Below, piece after piece: positions 59,013 through 64,000 of a DNA stretch of 64,000 bases. Each line of letters starts with the position of its first letter. Position 1 is the stretch's first letter. The notes below the pieces were generated by a model. It searched no databases. It was not told the DNA's origin and saw only the letters and a list, made by a program, of their open reading frames with translations. The translations under genes were made by a program, and so were the position numbers. The stretch lies in contig CAXXLX010000001.1 in the NCBI GenBank assembly GCA_963665235.2, positions 4,192,001 to 4,256,000 of the forward strand, read 5' to 3'. Origin of the DNA: Candidatus Poribacteria bacterium (GTDB lineage: Bacteria > Poribacteria > WGA-4E > WGA-3G).

Positions 59013-60524
59013 CTACGCAATACGAAAGGCATAAAGTCTTGCCCGGTTCAAAATGAATCGCAGCCGAAGCGGTTGCGTCGCATTCGCCAACCTCGCCGAT
59101 TTCCATTGTACCTGATGCCGTATATTATCCGCTGTCAACGGAACGCAGTCATCCAGGGAAAATCCGGGTTGAACCTGTCCATCAACCGTCAGCACTTCAA
59201 CGCCGATTTGCCCCGCGCTTGCATCGGCGTTAATTTCAAGTCCACCGTTTGGTATCCGTAATGGAACGGTTTCTATTACGCCTCCGTTTGCGTCCGCATC
59301 AAGCGAAACAAAACCATCCAGTCGCCATTTCGCAAGCCCAATTGCCTTGTGTCTATCCTTCATCGCTGCACCGTGGGTGTGTTCTGTCCCGGTGTAGTAC
59401 CAGTGGATTTCATCGTCGGTAATGATTGGCTGCGTGGCAGTTCCCATAATCATCCCGGTATCATAAGTGCCGCTTTCCCCGCGTGGAATAATCGGAGTCC
59501 GGTCACCGTCCGGATACTCCCAATTGAATCCGTCACGGCTGCAGAGCAATTGGGCATCAATCGGTCCATCGATAGGAATTTCATGTTCCGCCGCGCCTGG
59601 GCCCGTCACATATAACACCCCCGCGATTCCGATGTAGATGTTATGGTAAAGAAAACCCGACATGTTGTGAATTTCGGCACGGTCTGCACCGTATCTCTGC
59701 CTACCAACGGCATCGTCTTTATCACTTGCACCGAACATCGGTTCAAGCGGTTTCCACGGCCCCTCAAGACGCGGACTTTCGGTATACGCTATCATACGAC
59801 GAGCGTCTTTGTCTTTCCCCCGTATCAATGCATAAGCACGGAACAGCGCGGTTTTGTTATCGTAGATAACATTGAATGCACCTTCGTTGCTCCGTTCAGC
59901 AACCGGTTCCAAGTAATCTGAATCGTCCCATCGGATGCCATCGGGGGATGTTAGGAGAAAGACGTTGCGATACCGTCTACAAAAACCGAGCATCTTGTAC
60001 CGTTTCTGTACATCCGATTCATCGTCATCACGGAAAACGCATGCACCGTGTAGGTCCCACACGATGTTATTGTTTGGATTGCTATTAAATTCAAAAAGCC
60101 CAAGGTTCGGTTTCGTCCAGGTCAATCCATCATCGCTTTCCGCGTAACAGGTTAGGTCACCTCGGTCGTTTTCAACGAACTTCCGTCCGTAAGCGTCGTG
60201 TGTCTGTCCTCTGTATGTTGATGGATTTCGGTCCGGACGGGGGACGTACAGCCCCGGAATTTCGTTCGCTTTAAACCGCCAATGCGGTCCCATGCGACAC
60301 ATATACCACATACGATATTTTCCGTACGCGGCATCGTACATTGTCGTGCCGTAGAGATGCACGCGTCTGGACTGATCAGGACCGCCATGTTCCCAAGGGT
60401 TATCCGGGTCAGGTTCAAGGACAGGCACGTCATGTTTTACACATGGATGAAGTGTCCGCTTCACACCCTGTTTCGAGGCAATGCATGCGTCATCAATAAA
60501 TAGTTCTGTCCGGTTGTTATTCAA
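59013..60524 (-). CDS. Hypothetical glycoside-hydrolase-like beta-propeller protein
   Basis: Asp-box-like YAESDDGLTW, TSPDGIRW, SRDGFNW; WRLDGFVS. Confidence 0.75.
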   Translation of the reverse strand: MNNNRTELFIDDACIASKQGVKRTLHPCVKHDVPVLEPDPDNPWEHGGPDQSRRVHLYGTTMYDAAYGKYRMWYMCRMGPHWRFKANEIPGLYVPRPDRNPSTYRGQTHDAYGRKFVENDRGDLTCYAESDDGLTWTKPNLGLFEFNSNPNNNIVWDLHGACVFRDDDESDVQKRYKMLGFCRRYRNVFLLTSPDGIRWDDSDYLEPVAERSNEGAFNVIYDNKTALFRAYALIRGKDKDARRMIAYTESPRLEGPWKPLEPMFGASDKDDAVGRQRYGADRAEIHNMSGFLYHNIYIGIAGVLYVTGPGAAEHEIPIDGPIDAQLLCSRDGFNWEYPDGDRTPIIPRGESGTYDTGMIMGTATQPIITDDEIHWYYTGTEHTHGAAMKDRHKAIGLAKWRLDGFVSLDADANGGVIETVPLRIPNGGLEINADASAGQIGVEVLTVDGQVQPGFSLDDCVPLTADNIRHQVQWKSARLANATQPLRLRFILNRARLYAFRIA

Positions 60525-60544
60525 ACCTAAAATTTCCTTTAGCT

Positions 60545-61150
60545 CTACGCCTTCTGTTCTACCATACTTGAGAGAATACCGAGAATTTTATCACACTGTG
60601 AGATTTGGTAGGGTTTTATATCAATATGCAGTTTTTGCCCTTCCAATTTAAGAAAACGCCAATCTGTTCCGGAGGTCGTAGCCCCATAAATGTGAGGAAT
60701 TTCGTTACCTTTATCGGCGTTAAAACGTTGCGCCGCTAACATCTCAGCGGCGCATTGACCGAGACCGACCGTCAAATCCTCTTTCTTTGCCTCAACAAGA
60801 ATGATGATAGGTGCCTCTAAATGAAGCTGCGCAGGTGATAAGCTTATCAAAAAATCGCACACACCGGTTAATCCGTTTTCAGCATCTACGTTGAAGTCAA
60901 TACCCGAAAAGAGACTGATACGGTGTTCAAACCTTTCACGCAGCTCAACAAGGACATCCGCAACAATCAGCTCCGACCTTGCTTTCTCTGTATTGATAGA
61001 CGCAGCTAACGACACCTTTTTCGCCAAAGCCGTTGTGAGATGTGCACTTGGCTCCACCGGTTCTATTTCAGAGAATACGCCTAAGCTTTCAACCTTTTCC
61101 AATTGAAACTTTTCCTTTACAATCTCCATAGTGAAATTGCTATACACCAT
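60545..61150 (-). CDS. Hypothetical PD-(D/E)XK-like protein (type I restriction R N-terminal-like)
   Basis: EKARSE, CDFLIS, VEAKK, GQCAAEM, TTSGTDWRF. Confidence 0.7.
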   Translation of the reverse strand: MVYSNFTMEIVKEKFQLEKVESLGVFSEIEPVEPSAHLTTALAKKVSLAASINTEKARSELIVADVLVELRERFEHRISLFSGIDFNVDAENGLTGVCDFLISLSPAQLHLEAPIIILVEAKKEDLTVGLGQCAAEMLAAQRFNADKGNEIPHIYGATTSGTDWRFLKLEGQKLHIDIKPYQISQCDKILGILSSMVEQKA

Positions 61151-61232
61151 TTCTCAGCACCTCTTTTCAAGGCGTTAGCGTAATAGAACTTACCCTTAGG
61201 CGTTGCATTCTATCTGCGGGAGCGTGAAGGTT

Positions 61233-62030
61233 TCAATTGCGATTCAGATTTTTTAGGGACCCCCACATCGTGGCGAGTTTACCGCGCGGTTCCACATCAA
61301 GCAGCGTATTCGCTTCCAAGTTGTTAATCTCTTTTTCAGTGAGAACAGCGTTATAGATTCTGGCATCTTCAACACGCGCGACGACCCAACCGTGAGCCGT
61401 TCCACCGATAAGGGCACGGGGACCAAAAAGAGCCTCTACATCGCCAGCCACCCAAGACACGATTTGTCCCTTTGTATAGTCGCCAATTACTTCGCCATTA
61501 CGGTATATCATAATCTTTGCACTATTGTTGGCATTCTCATAAGAAATCGCCAATTGAATGAGTTTACCCGTTTCTTTTTCCGCAGTACCATGCGGATCAT
61601 TGTGGGTGCGTCTAAAGAAACTGCTGCCAGCCATCCAATGCCTCGCATGTTTCTCTGCGTAGACGATAGCATCAAACGTGTCTCCACTGCTCTTATTCAC
61701 TGCAAGTGGCGCGCCATGTGTAGTGTCAAGATTGTCTAAATAGAGCCACGCCACTAGGGTTTTCTCGGGCCCAATCTTTGGACCTTTATATCCGGTGGTC
61801 AATGCCCACTTACTGTTGCCGATGTGCAATTTGCCATCTTTGACCTCCGCTCCTTTAAGGTCAATATCGCCAAAGTTGCCGGTAAGGTCTTGCAGCTCAG
61901 CACCTCTTTCAAAGGTCCAATGTCCAATCAAATCTTCCTGCTTCTCTGCCTGCCCTAACGCTGGCAATGATAAGCCGAGCAGAAGCAGCACAGAGAATCC
62001 CAACATGAAAGTGTCTGATAAACGGTTCAT
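61233..62030 (-). CDS. Secreted LamG/concanavalin-like protein with a conserved C-terminal tail
   Basis: Signal peptide, LIGHWTF, EDARIYNAVLT, tail VEPRGKLATMWGSLK. Confidence 0.8.
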   Translation of the reverse strand: MNRLSDTFMLGFSVLLLLGLSLPALGQAEKQEDLIGHWTFERGAELQDLTGNFGDIDLKGAEVKDGKLHIGNSKWALTTGYKGPKIGPEKTLVAWLYLDNLDTTHGAPLAVNKSSGDTFDAIVYAEKHARHWMAGSSFFRRTHNDPHGTAEKETGKLIQLAISYENANNSAKIMIYRNGEVIGDYTKGQIVSWVAGDVEALFGPRALIGGTAHGWVVARVEDARIYNAVLTEKEINNLEANTLLDVEPRGKLATMWGSLKNLNRN

Positions 62031-62130
62031 AGTTATCTCCTCTGTTGTGTTAATTCGGGTTAAGGTTTCGGACGTTAAAGCTAAGGATACCACATGTAAT
62101 CAAAAATGTCACGTTAATTTCATAATTGCA

Positions 62131-63516
62131 TCAGTCTTGTAGATTACCTGTTTTTCTTCGCCTGATAGCAAGCCCGAACACAGCAAAACCAAAGAACGTA
62201 AAGGGCATCTGCCACAATAGAAAACTCATGTGTGTATGGATGTACGAATGCGCCTTGAAAATTACATACCACGATAAGGGGGCTAAAATTGAAAACCACG
62301 TCGTAAGGATTAACGCAATGTTGTGCTGTCGTCGCGTTGCCAGCTCCTCCTTATTGCTACGCAAAAACAGGAAAACAGACGCTCCTACAAAGAGAACTAT
62401 TAGATAAGAATAACGGACTTTCAACAGAAAGTTAGAGACGAAGGCACCAGCGTGAGATAGATAGTTGTTGAGATCGAAGAATATACCGTTCACGTAGGTA
62501 ATGACCACCCCCATTGTCCCCGCTTTTAGACTGGCAGCATATATCTCAGGAAAACCTCCCGCATCTCCGTACGTTCGTTTTTCGAGAGAATAGACCACAT
62601 GCATAAGTCCATCAACGAAACCTGTTCTCACAGCCCCTATCTGGAAACATAACATTGTGAGACTCAACAAAATTGCCACCGCTGAACCGACTCCAGCTGC
62701 AAGTGTCCACTTCAAACATTTGCGCCTGTCCCATCTCTCGAGAACGGCATAATAGATACACGGTGTCATCATCATTATCAACGTAGTTGTAATGTATTCG
62801 TAACCGTTGATGAAACACTTAATAGAAACAGCGATGAAAATCAGAACACCAAACTTGATGAACTGACGGTTCGTTGACACGTTGCGACGTTTAAGGAAGG
62901 ACATAACAACAATCATCGGCAGGTAGAACGCCCAAAGACTCCACCAAAGATTCTTACCGAAGACCGTCAACCATTGCGAAAGCACAGCCGACACAACGAC
63001 AAACACAGCTGCCCAGCCCCCAAACTCATCATAAAACCAACCTATAATTGCAGCCAATGCTATTGCCGTGAGTAGAGCCGTTAGCACATAAAATAATCCT
63101 AACTTCATTTGCGGAGATAAGGGGATAAGTCTATCCAATAGACTGAAAATCATTCCTTGCCCGCCAGGTTGCGACATGTACGTTGAGAATTCATCGAAGG
63201 AGAGCCCGTTAAGGTAGGCTATATATTGTCGGTCGAGCTGTGATGAAGATATCCATTGCTGCTGGATATCATGCGTAATACCTGCACCGTTCAGGCCACC
63301 CGCCGAGAAGATGCCATCTTGGTGAGATTTAACCATCCTGCCTATAATAAGACTTTCGGTGTCGCGCTGATGCCCATCAAACCACTGCTGTTCAGCGATA
63401 CGCCAGGCGTTAGCGTAAAAACCGAAAAATAGGAGGACGATTGACATCCCCCAAATGGAAATTTTCCTTACGCGCTCCGATCGAAGGAGATGTTTAAGTT
63501 GTTGTATAGTAAACAT
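62131..63516 (-). CDS. Multi-pass membrane hypothetical protein (possible GT-C-like glycosyltransferase)
   Basis: About 10 hydrophobic segments, N-terminal soluble loop, GYEY and HSYIH motifs. Confidence 0.65.
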   Translation of the reverse strand: MFTIQQLKHLLRSERVRKISIWGMSIVLLFFGFYANAWRIAEQQWFDGHQRDTESLIIGRMVKSHQDGIFSAGGLNGAGITHDIQQQWISSSQLDRQYIAYLNGLSFDEFSTYMSQPGGQGMIFSLLDRLIPLSPQMKLGLFYVLTALLTAIALAAIIGWFYDEFGGWAAVFVVVSAVLSQWLTVFGKNLWWSLWAFYLPMIVVMSFLKRRNVSTNRQFIKFGVLIFIAVSIKCFINGYEYITTTLIMMMTPCIYYAVLERWDRRKCLKWTLAAGVGSAVAILLSLTMLCFQIGAVRTGFVDGLMHVVYSLEKRTYGDAGGFPEIYAASLKAGTMGVVITYVNGIFFDLNNYLSHAGAFVSNFLLKVRYSYLIVLFVGASVFLFLRSNKEELATRRQHNIALILTTWFSILAPLSWYVIFKAHSYIHTHMSFLLWQMPFTFFGFAVFGLAIRRRKTGNLQD

Positions 63517-63641
63517 GTCGTTGTGCTCACTGTTGCCGTAGAATTTGCTGCTCTAACCAATAGCTATATACTGATAATCATTATACCACTTTCCCGCTCA
63601 GCAGTCAAATTTGATTGATTTCTATTTCCAATCGTGCTATA

Positions 63642-63799
63642 ATAACCTAAGTTGCCACATAGTAGCATAATCTTCCAGATTGTGCATATTTGTGTGCAAA
63701 TTGGAAGTGAACGAGACAAATATTAGCTAATTATCAGCATATTTTCATTAAAGAAGGTGTTTCCAGGTCTAAAAACTTATAAGTAGCAACTTGGGTTAT
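63642..63799. mobile_element. Second MITE-like family, about 158 bp
   Basis: ATAACCTAAGTTGCCAC ... GTAGCAACTTGGGTTAT inverted termini. Confidence 0.5.
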
Positions 63800-63833
63800 A
63801 ATACCCAAAAATAGAGAGAGCGACTAATTTGAC

Positions 63834-64000
63834 ATGAAACACACCGATTTTATTGAAGCACTTTCCACAGACGACCTAACCGCTATAAAGGCAGCTGCCA
63901 AAACGGATGTCCACTCTCATGTTTTTTTAAGCACGCGTCTAGAGAATGCGGAGCAGTGGCTGGGATACTCGCTAACCAAACCGCCCCTCAAAATGTCAGG
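63834..64000 (+). CDS. Adenosine-deaminase-like metal-dependent hydrolase (3' truncated by window edge)
   Basis: MKHTDFIEAL...AAKTDVHSH (K.D.H.H motif); frame open to the end. Confidence 0.6.
   Translation, partial: MKHTDFIEALSTDDLTAIKAAAKTDVHSHVFLSTRLENAEQWLGYSLTKPPLKMS

Overview
Bacterial chromosomal window, ~50% GC, with no rRNA, canonical tRNA or CRISPR array. The gene mix (long secreted WD40 proteins, TPR proteins, sulfatases, PhyH dioxygenases, an FGE/SUMF1 fusion, a LamG protein ending in VEPRGKLATMWGSLK) suggests Candidatus Poribacteria; this is inference. Housekeeping and metabolic genes (ALDH, EF-G paralog, pbpC plus alpha-2-macroglobulin, argG, dehydrogenases, DAACS transporter) are interleaved with toxin-antitoxin and defence-like genes (AlbA_2/Schlafen-ParA pair, duplicated FRG+TPR pair, PIN, zeta-like, Rpn, orphan methyltransferase, XPB-Bax1), several REP/MITE families and many gene fragments. 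The most notable unannotated feature lies in the 39.45-39.78 kb intergenic region. It is a minus-strand unit with its own promoter encoding two tandem Y-RNA-like ncRNAs, the first carrying a circularly permuted tRNA-like domain (YrlA architecture), yet no Ro60/Rsr gene is present in the window. All calls come from reading the sequence by eye; no searches were run.
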